This document shows, in pieces, positions 13,374-27,349 of a stretch of DNA of 64,000 nucleotides. The position numbers and the translations under genes were made by a program. Under the pieces are notes generated by a model. It was not told the DNA's origin and made no database searches. It saw nothing but the letters and a program-made list of their open reading frames with translations. Within the stretch, counting starts at the first letter, position 1, and every line of letters starts with the position of its first letter. Origin of the DNA: the human T2T-CHM13v2.0 reference genome, Homo sapiens; NCBI RefSeq assembly GCF_009914755.1, contig NC_060928.1; one strand, 5' to 3'.

Positions 13374-15079
13374 CTGTGTTATTGTACATTAAACACATTA
13401 GATCCCAAACTTGTAGATTTAGTATGGTGTCCAAAATATTTTTTAAAAAATAAAAATCAAGGATTTTCTCATAAAAAGCTTGACTTCAGTTTCCTTTAAA
13501 CAATGATAAGGATTGGCCAAAATAAATATAGAGTCATCTCCTGTACATAGGATATGATAAAAAATAAAATATTTTCTTAGAAACCTCACCTTTCTTTCCC
13601 TCCTTCATGAGAGAGAGCAAATCCGTGATTAAGAGCAGAGATTTATTTATCTCCTCTTCTCTTTTCAATAAATTCTGGAATAAGAATATAGTCATACTAC
13701 TTCTTAATTGTTCTTCCTTTAATTAAAAAAACTAAAATGAAATTTTGAACTGCCAATTGTAGTAAAGCCTTGATATATTTTTGTCAAAAGCATTTGTTCT
13801 CTTCAGTCTTCTTATCAGCACATTTAAATAGGTTGGTCTGCTATAGTGTAACACAAAATAATTATTAGTTTAGTATAATGCCAAAATAATCATTTAATAT
13901 AGTAAATTTTTAAAAAAGATCCTCACTGTCCTGTAACTTGCTTGAGGTCAGATTTATTTTTTCTAAGTAAGGCTTTAAAAAGAAGTTAAAATTAATAAGT
14001 TCTCATTACATTCCATCTCCTGGAAGAGATAACAATCCATATCTCATTTAGTTTAATCCTCATAGCAATCCTTTAAAACAAACATAAGAAACCAAGGTTC
14101 AGAGAAGTCGATCAATATTTATCAGATCTTACGGTTATCAAGCTGTTGTGTTTCAAGCTTGAAAGTGATTGTGCTGACATTATTGACGTAATATAATTTT
14201 TAAAATTTACAGATTCAATGTTATTTTTATCAAACTACCAATGACATTTTTTCACAGAATGAGAAAAAAACTGTTTTAAAATTCATAGTGAACCAAAAAA
14301 GAGCCCAAATAGCCACAGCAAACATAAACAAAAAGAACAAAGCAGAAGTCATCACATTACCTGACTTCAAACTGTAGTACAAAGCAACAGAAACTGAAAT
14401 GGCATGATACTGGTACAAAAACAGACACATAGACCAATGGAACAGAATACAAAACCCAGAAATAAAGTTGCACACCTACGGCCATCTGATCTTCATCAAA
14501 GTCAACAAAAACAAGCAATAGGAAAAAACTTTCCATTATTCAATAAATGGTGCTAGGATAACTGGCTGGCAATACACAGATAATTGAAACTAGACTCCTT
14601 CCATATACAAAAATTAACTCAAGATGGATGGAAGACTTAAATATAAGACATTGAAGTATAAGAATCCTAGAAGAAAACCCAGGAAATACCATTGTGGACC
14701 CTGGGCTCAGAAAATAATTTATGATTAAGTTTTCCAAAGCAGTTGCAACAAAATGAAAATTGATAAGGGGATATTAATTAAACTAAAGAATTGTGCACAG
14801 CAAAATAAACTCAAAAGAGTAAACAGACAACCTACATAATACGAGAAAATATTCACAAACTATGCATCTGACAAAGATCTAATATGCAGTCTATAAGGAA
14901 CTTAACAAATCTATAAGGAACTTAAACAAACTAATAAGCAAAAAACAAACAATCCCATCACAAAATGGGCAAAGAACATGAACACACATCACAAAATAAG
15001 ACATACAAGCAGTCAACAAACATGAAAAAATGCTCAGCATCAGTAGTCATTAGAGAAGTGCAAAGCAAAACCACAATGA

Positions 15080-15221
15080 AGCTGGGTGCAGTGTCTCACG
15101 CCTATAATCCTAGCACTTTGGGATGCCAATGTGGTAAGACTGCTTGAGCCCAGGAGTTCAAGACCAGTGTGAGCAACACAGTCGACTCCATCTCTACAAA
15201 AAACAGCAACAACAACAGCAA
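15080..15221 (+). mobile_element. FLAM_C-like Alu monomer inserted in L1
   Basis: Left monomer with A-rich tail; TSD caaaacc(a)(c/a)aatga at 15066-15079 and 15222-15235. Confidence 0.85.
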
Positions 15222-15754
15222 CAAAACCAAAATGAGATATCATTTCATACCTTCCAGAATGGATACTACTAAAAACAAAGAATAACAGATACTGGCAAAG
15301 TTATGAAAAAAAGGGAATACTTATATATTGCTGGTAAAAATATACATTAGCTTAGCCACTGAGGAAAATGGTTTGGAAATTTCTCAGAGAAGTTAAAACA
15401 GAACTACCATTTGACCCAGCAATTCCATTATTGGGTATATACCAAAAAGAACATAAATCATTCTATGGTAAAGACACATGAACCCTTACATTCATTGTGG
15501 CACTGTTCACAATAGCAAATATGGAATCAACCTAGATGCCCATCAACAGTGGACTATATAAAGAAAATATGGTACATATACACCATGGAATACTATGCAG
15601 CCATATAAATGAATAAAATCATGTCCTCTGCAGCAACATGGACCTGGAGGCTATTATTCTAAGCAAATGAATGCAGGAATGAAAAAAAAATCACATGTTC
15701 TCACTTCTAAGTGGGAGCTAAACATTGAGTACACATGGACACAAAGAAGGGAAT

Positions 15755-16298
15755 TGTGATGGTTAATATTGAATGTCAACTTCATTGGATTGAAGGATGT
15801 AACATACTGTTCCTGAGTGTGTCTGTGAGGGTGTTGGCAAAGGAGATGAACATCTGAGTCAGTGGACTGGGAGAAGTGGATCCACTCTCAATCATGTTGG
15901 GCCATCTAATCAGCTGTCAGCACAGCTAGGATAAAAGCAGGCAGAGGAATATGGAGGAACTAGAAGGGCTGTCTTCCGGCCTTCATCTTTCTCCCATTCT
16001 GGATGCTTCCTGCCCCTAAAGGACAGACTCCAAGTTCTTCAGCTTTTGGACTCTTGGACTTACACCAGTGGTTTGCCAGAGGCTCTCAGGACTTTGGCCT
16101 CAGACTGAAGGCTGCACTGTTGGCTTCCCTACATTTGAGGTTTTGGGACTGGGACTGGCTTCCTTGCCCCCCAGTTTGCAGAAGGGATTGTGGGACTTCC
16201 CCTTGTGATTGTGTGAATCAATACTCCTTAATAAACTCTCTTTTACATATACATCTATCCTGTTAGTTCTGTCCCTCTAGAGAACCCTGACTAATACA
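15755..16298 (+). mobile_element. MLT2A/B (ERVL) solo LTR inserted in the L1 3' UTR
   Basis: Canonical ends 'tgtgatggttaatattg' ... 'agagaaccctgactaataca'; L1 sequence resumes after it. Confidence 0.9.
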
Positions 16299-16582
16299 AG
16301 ACAATAGACACTGCAGACTATCTGAGGGTATAGCTTAGGAGGAGAGTGCAGGTGGGATGAGAGTGAGAATAGAAAAACTACCTATGGTGTACAATGATTA
16401 TTATCTGAGTGGCAAAATTCTCTGTACACAAACCCCCAAGGATATGCAATTTACTCACGGAGCAAACCTGCACATGTACCCCCTGAACCTAAGAGCTGGA
16501 AATTTAAAAACATCTTGAATAAAGAGATACTTTATTAATGATATTCACTATTATCTCTTATGTACATTAAAATTCTATATTA

Positions 16583-16948
<366 letters not shown>

Positions 16949-17430
16949 TCACTCACACCCAAACTTGTGGTTGGTAAACTAATTAAGAACAAAACAATTA
17001 TATCTTCATGGAAACACAACTAAATTCCTATACTAGTAGATGGAGCAGTATATGGTGCACATAATGCAATTTCAGGAACTCTAATGGAGATAAGCCCATG
17101 AATTTTATTTTCTTTGGTTAACCACCATATTAGATGTCATCTTTCTTACTCCATGCAATTGTGATTTAGTAAATGAAAATGTCTTTTGCTTTCATTGTAG
17201 GCTCCTGAACTTTAGTAGGGCAAGATGAACCAGCATGCAGCCCACAGAAAGAACACAGTACAGTGCTTTAGAATTGCTTTACCTTAGCATTAGAAGGGAA
17301 CTTGAATTATGTTGACTGTTCAGAAAAGAAGACAAGGAATAAGTAATACAGTCTTTTGGTAGTCTAAAGAATATTCAAAATGTTCTAAAAGGATTATTGC
17401 CTTTTCTAAGTGATCTAAAAGAATTAAAGA

Positions 17431-17678
<248 letters not shown>

Positions 17679-18589
17679 TTAGATAAGAATTTAAACCCAG
17701 AACTTTGTCAGCAAGAATTTTACACTTGGCACCAAGTGGGCTTTGTGGTAGAAAACTAGTCTTGTAACAGTTCATTTAAAATAAGATTCAATTATTTGAG
17801 AGATTCTGGCCATTTCTTTTCTTGGAGATGATGAAATGTCAGGCATTGTGCTAATTCCTCAGAATACCAAGATAAACTGATGAAGACATAAGTGAAATAG
17901 GGTGTCTACTGAAACGCTTATATGGGAAAAAAAATCTTCTATATAGAAAAATTTTCATTGTCTTTTGGGATTCTAATCCAATTATCACTTGACAGAATCG
18001 ATAGTTTGGCGAGCTTTTATGGATTACTTCTCTAATGTTACCATCAAATAGGGAATCACATTTTTAAGCAATTACTCTTCTTCCTGGTCAAAAAGGTGTC
18101 GTTTCTCTTCAGGTTATGATATTATCTTTGCTGTGTTGCTTAAAAATTAAAGAGTGTTAGATTTGGTGGAACAAAAAATGTTGAGAAAAGAAAACTGCAT
18201 TTGATACAATTTGGATTTGTTCAAATTTCCAAAATCAATTAGAGCTTTCTAAAATTCATAAGCACCAGAGCCTGTGTGGATATTTGATGACAAAAATTGA
18301 TTTAATTTGGAGAGGATAGAAAACTTTTTACCTCATTAAAATGCAATGATCTCATTACTGGGTATAGTTTACTCTTAAAAACAAGTAGTGTGTCAAGGCA
18401 ATTTCATCAAAATAAAATTACAAGACAAGAAACTCTTACTGTGTGTCAAAATGGACAACTGATATTGATTATGCAGAATTTTTAATACAGCCAACCCCCT
18501 ATTTACCAGCATTTGACTTAAAAACAAATCCTTTATCTGATTATCTCTCTCATTCACAGAGTCATTCATTACCACAAATGGAAATTTCA

Positions 18590-18858
18590 TGATCCCTGAG
18601 CACCTATTTCATGTTTACCAACTCCTATTCCTCACCCCTTCCTAATCTGTATTTTCCTGCACTTGGTTATATTTCTCCCCTGATATGTAAACTCCTCATT
18701 TTGTTGGGTTGAGGGATTGGAACTGAGGCTGATCTCCCATCTGCTCAGCTGCAGCACCCAAAAAGCCTTCTTCCCTGGCAATACTTGCTGTCTCAGTGAT
18801 TGGCTTCCTGTGCAGTGAACAACAGTACCTAGACTAAACTCCTAGTGTTTTGGTAACA
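18590..18858 (+). mobile_element. MER39/LTR29-like ERV1 LTR, 3' half
   Basis: 'ctgatctcccatc...gccttcttccctggcaatact...tctcagtgattggct...tggtaaca' end. Confidence 0.75.
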
Positions 18859-19549
18859 TTATCTGAGACTTAGAAAAGAAAGTCCAAAAACCAAATTCAG
18901 AAATGTTTATGATTTGTGACACATATGAAAATACATAGTAGGTAAAATAGTTCATGTTCGTAAAACTGAGAATGGAAGCTATCATTTGTGACACATTTTT
19001 CACAGGAAATGTTCTGAACTCTAGAAAACTTACTCAATTATAAAATTTTGAAAAACATTCTATTTATCACAGCTATGTCTTCTTCAAACTTTTGTAGATA
19101 TTTTGTGACAGTAAGTCTTATGATAAAATACACTACATTGATACTATGATTAAATTCGAAATTTAACCTCTTTATGGGTTTTCCAGGCACTGAGTTGCTC
19201 TCGATATTTGGAGGAGCTACATTAAATTAAACCAGAGTGTTAACTTAGACAAGTTTGAGTATAATGTACATCTAAATAGGGATACAATAGCAAACCGATG
19301 ATTCTGGTCAGTGTGACAACTTAGGCATAGATACTAACAGTATAACGCAGGTAGATGATGTGAAACAAAGACTCTAAGGACAAAATTACAGACATTAAAA
19401 CTAAAAGCAATAATTTCTTGGAGGGTGGAATGTGAAAATTAAAAGAAACAAGACATCATCTCAGATGTAGAAAATCATTCTGTTACGTGAAGTCTATAAG
19501 TGACATTCAGGGTAATTTAATAAGATGATTGCACAGCCAAGAACCCATT

Positions 19550-20140
19550 TGTATTAGTCAGGGCTCTCCAGAGGGACAGAACTAATAGGATATACATATA
19601 TATGAAAGGGGGCTTATTAGGGAGAATTGGGTCATACAATTACAAGGCAAAGTTCCACAGTAGGCTGTTTGTAAACTGGGGAAAGAGAAAAGCCAGTAGC
19701 TAGCAGCAGAGTCCAAGTGTGAAGCCTCAATACCAGGGAAACTGACAGTGCAGCCTTCGGTCTGCAATCAATGGCCTGAGAGCCTCCAAGGAAGCCACAG
19801 GTGCAAGTCCCACAGTCCAAAACCCAAAGAACTTGGAGGTTGATGTCCAAGGGAAAGAGGAGAGAAAGCAAGTGTCTGGCACATGAAGAAAGAAAGAGTC
19901 AGAAGACTCAGCAAAGTAGTTTGTCCCCCTCTTCTTTCATCTGCTTTGTTCTGGCTGCACTGGCAGCTGATTGGATGATGCCCAACCTCCTTGAAGGTGG
20001 GTCTTTCTGTCCTAGTCCACTGACTCAAATGTTAATCTCCTCTGGCAACTCCCTCACAGACACACCCAGAAGCAATATTTTACCAGCCGTCTAGGTATCT
20101 TTCAATCCAGGCAAGTTGACACCTAATATTAACCATTGAG
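19550..20140 (-). mobile_element. MLT2B (ERVL) solo LTR
   Basis: 'tgtattagtcagggctctccagagggacagaac' ... 'caagttgacacctaatattaaccat'. Confidence 0.9.
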
Positions 20141-20639
20141 ACACTCAATATAGCTGAATGACCCACAAGTTTTGTAATAGAAGATGTGCTCATTATAGTA
20201 GGTAAGACATCAAGAAACACTCTAACAGATGCCATAGGATGGAGGCTTTACCAGAAGTCATTGCAACAAGATGCCTAACTCTATGACTAGGTAAAGAACA
20301 TTAAAAATTAAGTCTCTCTTATAAGGTAATTAGTAAGCATTCTGTTATAATAGAATGATTAATACATGTATTTCCTGTATTTGTATTCTCACTTCTAACA
20401 AAAACACATTAAAAAGTTGAAGATTTGGGTAGTATTGGAAGTGTTTGTTTCCGTATGTTATCTCTAACTTGATGTTGACAGCAATATTTTCTTTAAGTGT
20501 ATTTATCAATACTCATGAAAAATGAATGTCTAATAATTGCTGGATATGTTAAATATTTTCAGAAAATCTGAAAGGGGAATTTGCCAAAAAGGGCACATGT
20601 TTATTAAGTAATTGTTTGGATTATGGGAATTAACTTTAT

Positions 20640-20703
20640 ATTACCTTTTCTTTTTATTACTTTTGTTTATATCACAAGACATATTTTGCATACAAGAAAG
20701 TGG

Positions 20704-20740
<37 letters not shown>

Positions 20741-21400
20741 TGTACATGAGCACCTGGCACTTAAAAGTAATTAGAAAGGCAACATCAATGTGGTTATTAC
20801 TCAGGTACAAAGAGAGAACATCACAAAAATATCAGACCCCAATGTGCCCTTCTCCAAGGACAAACATCCCCCATTCTTCTAGGGAAAGTCCTACTTTCAT
20901 AACTTTTGTGATACTCTTTTTCTAACTCTTCTATATAAGCATACAACTTATACATGCATACCTATTATATTTTAATTTTTCCATCTTTATATTCATATAA
21001 ACACTTTGTATGCGTTTTCTATCTTGCTTTTCTTCACATGATATTAAATTTATGAGACGTCTGTGGTGTTACCAGTGTATCTATCTTGTTATTGTTGTTA
21101 TATGACATTCCTTTTTAAGTACACACATTTAATTTATCCAAGTCACTTTTTTATGCATGTTGTGAAGTTTTTTTATTTGGAGTACAGTGAAAATGCTGCT
21201 ATGAATAATTTTGAGTATATAATCATGATGTTGACAGATACTAACTTCTCCCAGGTATATGAAATAGAATTTCTGAGTCATAGGGCATGAATATTTTTTA
21301 TTTTATCACATAATTTCAAGCTGTTTTGCAATAAGGTGCCATGTATAAAAGCTCCTACTTTTATTTTTTGTACTAGATTTTTCTTGTACTGCATATGCTA
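20640..21400 (-). mobile_element. Ancient L1ME-like 3' fragment containing a (TG)n repeat (20705-20742)
   Basis: 'aatgctgctatgaataat', 'tttctgagtcatagggcatg' antisense L1M motifs. Confidence 0.6.
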
Positions 21401-24299
21401 TAAGCAACAATGTGAGCAAGTAATTTGCCACAAAAGAGCAGTCAAATCATAAGACTATAAGACTATATTTGTCTTTAACATCTAGCATAAATGATGTCAA
21501 GTGAGTATGATGGTTTATTTCTTCCTTTACTTTTTTAAAATTGCTATTAAAAAGTTAATTATAGACAATTCTTTTCTGTTTACTGAACATGCAATTATGT
21601 TTAAGACTATCTATTTCTTTTCCAGGCTCAAAGATTATCTTTTGTCACTTCAGAATTAAAAATACTCTTTTATCTATTTATCTACATAGAGCACCCTCTA
21701 CAATAGTTTTAACTGAATGATTCTAACATTGCTGTTTATTTTCACTCAATTTTTTCTTTCTTCTCAATGAATCACACCATGCTATATTTTTCACAATCTA
21801 TTTCCAACTCTTTTTCAGTTGTTTCTTTGTTTGACCTTACTGTCCTATCACCTTGCCTGTGGTACCCGCCTTTCTTCTCTCAATACTTAATATAAACTAA
21901 CATTTATGTCTATTGATAATTTCCAGGAGCCTTAATTATCAATTTCTAAAGCAATTTAATTCCCATATGATCCTTACAAATATGATTTATCAACTTCTCT
22001 CATCACTGTAGTTTTCCTATTTTGCTTTTCCATTTATCTTTTTCATAAAAATACGACCTTGGATTGGGCATAAATTTGGGTGATTAGTATAGACCATTTA
22101 GAAGGTAATTGGTAGGGTATCTTTTATAACGTGATTAGTAAGCATGCCGGTTTATAATACAATGTTTAATACTTGTATTTCCTGCATATGTATTCTTACC
22201 TCCAAGAAAAGAGAATAAGAGAATTAATGTACAGTGTAAAACAGAAGTATTTAATTTTTGTATTTTAAGTATTTGTTATGCTAAAGAAAATTACTGTCAA
22301 CAAATCAAGTTTATTTTTAAGCAAGTGTGAAAAGGCAATGTAATTGCTCTCTTAAATAGCCAGTTTGAAATAACAGAGACAATGTAAACTATGAGTGGGT
22401 GAACTGAGATAATTTCTTGTACACTTAGTTCTGGGGCTCTACAATTAGTGTTGTTTTTTTCCAATTATCTGCAAGTTGTATTTTTATAATAAAAAAGTAT
22501 TAATTCATGATCTAAGGCTGTGATTTCAGAAATATGTTAAATAAATGATCCTTAAATAGTGGGAACAAAATAGATAATTACATTATTGAGATTTCACATA
22601 TCTCCCATAAAATTTTAAAAATGTTTATCATTTGTTTTTTGTTTTAGGATAATATTCTCCTTTTAATTTTCTTGAAAATATTTATTTTAGGTTTAAAAAT
22701 GCCTTAGCTTTTCTACTTTAGAGAAAAAGCTAAGGCATTTAGCTAAAGGCATTTTTTTTTTGGTTTTATCTTCTTTGTTTTTATCCTGTTTGGCAAAAAT
22801 AAATGTGCAATATTTTCTGAAATCAGGTTGGACCTCATGATTGTGCCAGCACAGGGTAGGTAGGGGAATTAGCATGTTACCCCATGGGTCCTTTATGTGT
22901 TTTTTCATTCTAAGCACAGGGGGATGAATAGTATCTTTCAAAGAGTGTAATATAGTTCCTGTAACAGTGGAAGTCTGTGTGGCTTTGACAGGTGGGGGTA
23001 GGGGATTACTGGGTTTTGGTCAGAAATATCTGGAGATAACCTGATACTCATACGGCAATTTGCTTTTATTCTCATTCCCTTGCATTCTAGCACACACATA
23101 ATCTACTTATTGTAATAGTACTGTAATATGTTTCATAGTATGTGGATTAAATCTATACACTTAAAAATGATACAGGATTCAAATCATTTTCATTATCTAA
23201 AACTAACATTTTAATTCCACAGTATTTTCTGCAAATAAAAATGATGAAAGACTAGCAATAAGACAGAACCAGATATGCTCTTCATTATGATCCTAAAAAT
23301 TTAAGCCTTCATTTTTTCCATAAATATGAAGAAAACAGAAAGAAGTATTATCCAAATATAAATATTCCTTTAAAAACCAATGTTGTAATCTCTGTGATTA
23401 TTTATAATATATGTTTAATATGTTTTTGTTCAATGACCAAAATTATTTTATAATATGAAAGTAATTAAGTTTAATTCTCTTCATTATTAAAGAAGCATTT
23501 AATGTGTGTTACCCTGGAAATGAGTTGACATTAACTCAGAACCTTCCTTTTATTTAAATGGCACCAAATACCTGGGTATTGAAGCTCTGCATGTGGACTG
23601 TTAATTGAATTTTTCCACACTGCTTCCAGATGTTTGGCCTTGTATAAGTCTTAGGCTGACACACAGTTCAGAATGGAATCAAATCGTGTCTTTATCTTTC
23701 TATTTTACAGGTACTTTTTATCTCCTCTAAAATTATTCTAAATATTAAATTGCAAAAAAAGAAAGAAAAATAAAAGGAAACAGGGAAAGAAAAAGATGAA
23801 AAGGCAGTTGCCTGACATTGAGCAGGTTAACCAATTGTTCTTTAAATTAATTGATATAATAAAATTTATGATAAAAATGGGGACCAAAATGTGCTGATCT
23901 TAACAGTTTTATTAAGCTTTCCCCCCTTCTCCTGTCTCTTCCTCTTTCAGCCTCCTTCAACATGCAACTTATGACCTTTGTATATAGAAGATATTTTTCA
24001 ATGTCATTGTTGTTGAAATATTCTCCCAGGAACATTTAGATGAACTTTGCAAAAGGCATAAAAATGTATTAGGTTCAATCTCTTCGTGCTTTGTTAAAAT
24101 TTGTAATAGTATGAAAATTTGCTTTGTTTTTATAACAACTGGTTTATAAATGAATAAGGATGGAGAGGCAATTTATGTAGTGAGGGGGAGGTGGTAAGGT
24201 GGTATTTCTCTCTGAATTATGTTTTAATATTCTATTAGGCTTTAACTTCTTACATATATGAAAATAAAATGGGTTGTGAGTTATTGCATGATATCCAGG

Positions 24300-24348
24300 T
24301 TTTAGAATCCTTGCTTAATAATTTTAGAATCCTTACTTAATAATTTTA
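24300..24348. repeat. 22-bp tandem duplication
   Basis: ttttagaatcctt(g/a)cttaataa twice. Confidence 0.85.
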
Positions 24349-26363
24349 CATATATACCATCGATACGTGTAAGATCTAGCTTAAATGCAAAAGGCAATAA
24401 AAATGTACAATGAATAGCTGAACCACAGATTTATTTCTTTATTAATTAAACCCTTATTACTATCACAGGCAACAGTTTATTCTTCCTCTCCTAGCCAAAA
24501 TGCAAACATACTTTGGGTTAGAAAAGGTGACAAAGGTGATCATGACAAATACCAACAAAACGAGGAAGGTTAGGGGAAGTAGGGTGAAATGAGGCAAAAA
24601 GAGTCAACTTGATAACGGAGCAGGATCAACAGTCAGGAAAGAAGGGCTCCTGGACCCACAGGACATGGTCAAGGCATCAGAAGCATCCATTTGCATGCCC
24701 ATTTGTACTTTCCCTGTGTTTTTGCAGAGCTTGAAGCCATCTTATTTTTGACAACTGACTTTCCAGTTGTTCTCTTTTTGTTATGTTGCAACATGATTAA
24801 ACTTCCAGGAAAGTCTTTTTGATTCTTTATGCCAGCCTGACTATATCCAGCTACATATTACACCAATTTTGTTTTCACACAACTGGCATTTACAACGCAT
24901 GTATTCTGTGTCTGTGTATTCTTCTCCCTGGTAATTAACAAATAAACAGGAGGAATGTTACCATTACGCTGTAAATAAAATGAGGCATGAAAAGCTACTA
25001 ATTTGTATACAATCCTAAAAACTTATTCTCCTTCGGGTGCATACATAAAGCATTAAATTATGAAAAATCGTGGTCATATAAAATTACTTAAATTAAGGTT
25101 TTGACAAAGTATTCTTTAAACCAATGAAAAGTACCATTCTAATTTTCAAGATTGTGTGCATATACAAAGATGGTTCTTATGAAGGCATATTATCAAATTA
25201 TATATCATGACAGCATTTGATTTACATTCAGCTGTTGTAAAGATCTCTCTCAATCCTCTGTTGACTTTATTAATTGCTTCTGTGAAATGTAAGCAGAGGT
25301 TTAATGGGTAATTATACTGCAAGGTCTTTTTCAAAGTGGTTCTATACTTGAACTTCTCAATTCATCCTGAATTTGTGTTTATTATTTCAGAGTTCAATGT
25401 GCATCTCTCTGATTAGATTGGAATGTGTTTGGTGTTTAAACTATTCTAGATGATAATTGCCCTTAGCAAGACAGCATCTAAAAATAAAATCAGAAAATCA
25501 AATAAATCTCCCATTTATTATTCTATGAAAAAAATCTTATATTTAATATTTAAAATAGAAGCAGCTTGAAATTCTGCTTTTCTTTTTCTTCTATCCTTTT
25601 ATAATCCATGATTTCAGATTTTAGTGTTATTCTACAGGATGTATTACTAAAGTTATTTACTCACAATACCTCCTTTCCCTTTACATTCTATTTAAGGACA
25701 GTTGCAATGTTTGCGCATCCTACTTTGTTCAGTTTGCTACTTTTCACTTTGGATTCTCATTTTGCAGTCAACCTAATGTTTTCCTTAAAATGAAATGTAG
25801 TTTGAACTACAGGAACTAGGGACAAAAAATCCTCAAAGATGAGTGAGACTTGCTCATTTTCTTCAATTTGCTGATGGTTCAATGTCAGACATGTAACTAA
25901 TGATTATAATTGTGGCAGAGATTTGTAATAAGTATTTGGAGAATTCCTCTAAGTTCCAGAATAACACAGCTATGAAATCATCTTTAAAATATATATTTCA
26001 GTAGGCCCTTAAAACTTTCTTTTGCTTCATCTTTGTTGTTTGTTAATAGTTGCAATTTATTTCTATTTGTGAATTTTAAATTTATAGTCTCAAATATTTA
26101 TTATTTACCCTTCACTACATGAATCATGACATCCCTCTTTTCCTTACATGTGGAACTTGTAAAGAACTTCATAGAGGGAAAGTTGGAAAAGGAAGATGGA
26201 TTAGAGGTGGTAGACCTCAGTCTACAGAGTGGCAGGAATGTGACCAAATGTTCAGAATATTACTGAAGAAATAGCAACAGCAAGTCTTAGCTTTCTGAGT
26301 TAATTTCTCTGTTTTCTCACTTTGAAGTGGGCTTAAAAGGAAAGGTAGAACCTAGAGTGGGTT

Positions 26364-26407
26364 TGTAATCCTCCACTCTCAAGGACTGTAATCCTCCACT
26401 CTCAAGG
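26364..26407. repeat. 23-bp-period duplication with a perfect 21-bp core
   Basis: tgtaatcctccactctcaagg at 26364-26384 and 26387-26407. Confidence 0.9.
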
Positions 26408-26689
26408 GATTCTGGTTAGTTTTGAAAAAAAAATTTACAATTAATTCTCGTGAATGAAGAAGCTGAATTTGATTTTGAATCTGGTTCTAACATGTTTGTA
26501 AGAGTGTATAGTAGTGTGACAAAATGTCAATTAGGCCAGTGACCACTTAGCTTCAGCCATAAAAAAAGTCTAGTTATTAATGTATCTATTCATTAAAACA
26601 ATATTTATTCAGTACTTTCACACTGGCTGATTACCGTGTCATAAAATCTCTCTAAAAGCAGCATGGAATTCCGCATGAAAGAAGAGTGA

Positions 26690-27082
26690 GATAGCTATTA
26701 TTAATGGCTGCAACACTTCATCCTTCCCCTTATCTATCCCTTCACTATGTGTATTTTTCTTTGATGTAGGTTGTGGTCATAAGACATGTTTTGGTCAATG
26801 TGGTGATAGTGCATGTGACAGCTTTTGTCTTTGTAGTGTTCTCATGTGCTGTCTCAATGAGAATTATACACCTGTAAAACTTTCCAGTCCAAGAAAACTG
26901 AAAGACACATGGAATATCTAGACCCAAACAGCAGCTTGAAGCCAAGCCATTGTAATCCTAGATCACGTGTAGTAGAGGCAATCTTCAGATTCATTAATGA
27001 GAATAATGATTCTTGTCTTAAGCCATTGACTTTTGTTGTGTTTTCTTATTGGCATTATTGTGGTAATAGTTGACTGATAAAA
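26690..27082 (+). mobile_element. MLT1I/J-like MaLR LTR within a fragmented antisense L2
   Basis: 3' end 'ttaagccattgactttt...gcattattgtggtaatagttgactgata'; L2-like purine-rich pieces at ~26575-26690, 27090-27330 and 30640-31070. Confidence 0.6.
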
Positions 27083-27349
27083 CATACAGATGTTTAACTA
27101 TGAATTAGTAAGTGCTATGACAGAAATATGCATGGTTATTGTTGAGCAAAAAGGAGGGACTGCCAATTTATTCTGATGTAATTAGAGAACACCTGAGAAA
27201 ATCCGTAGTTTTTTACCTCTGCTTTAAAGGGAGATAATTCTGCAGGCAAGACATGCAGATGAAGAATGTTTTGAATAGGAACAATAGTTTGCAAAAAATT
27301 ATGAAATATGTTGAATTACAAACAAAATTCAGAGAACATCAATATTCCT

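Larger units (their letters stand above)
14207..16522 (+). mobile_element. 5'-truncated old primate L1 (L1PA13-16/L1PB-like): ORF2 C-terminus + 3' UTR, with two nested insertions
   Basis: ORF2 C-terminal motifs ('tggtacaaaaacagacacatagaccaatggaacaga', 'gaactaccatttgacccagcaatt') and 3' UTR 'aaacctgcacatgtacccctgaacct'. Confidence 0.9.

Noticed and set aside
14890-14930. Short duplications inside repeats (also 29766-29802, 37925-37955, 49529-49560)
   Set aside because: Routine slippage events in dead elements
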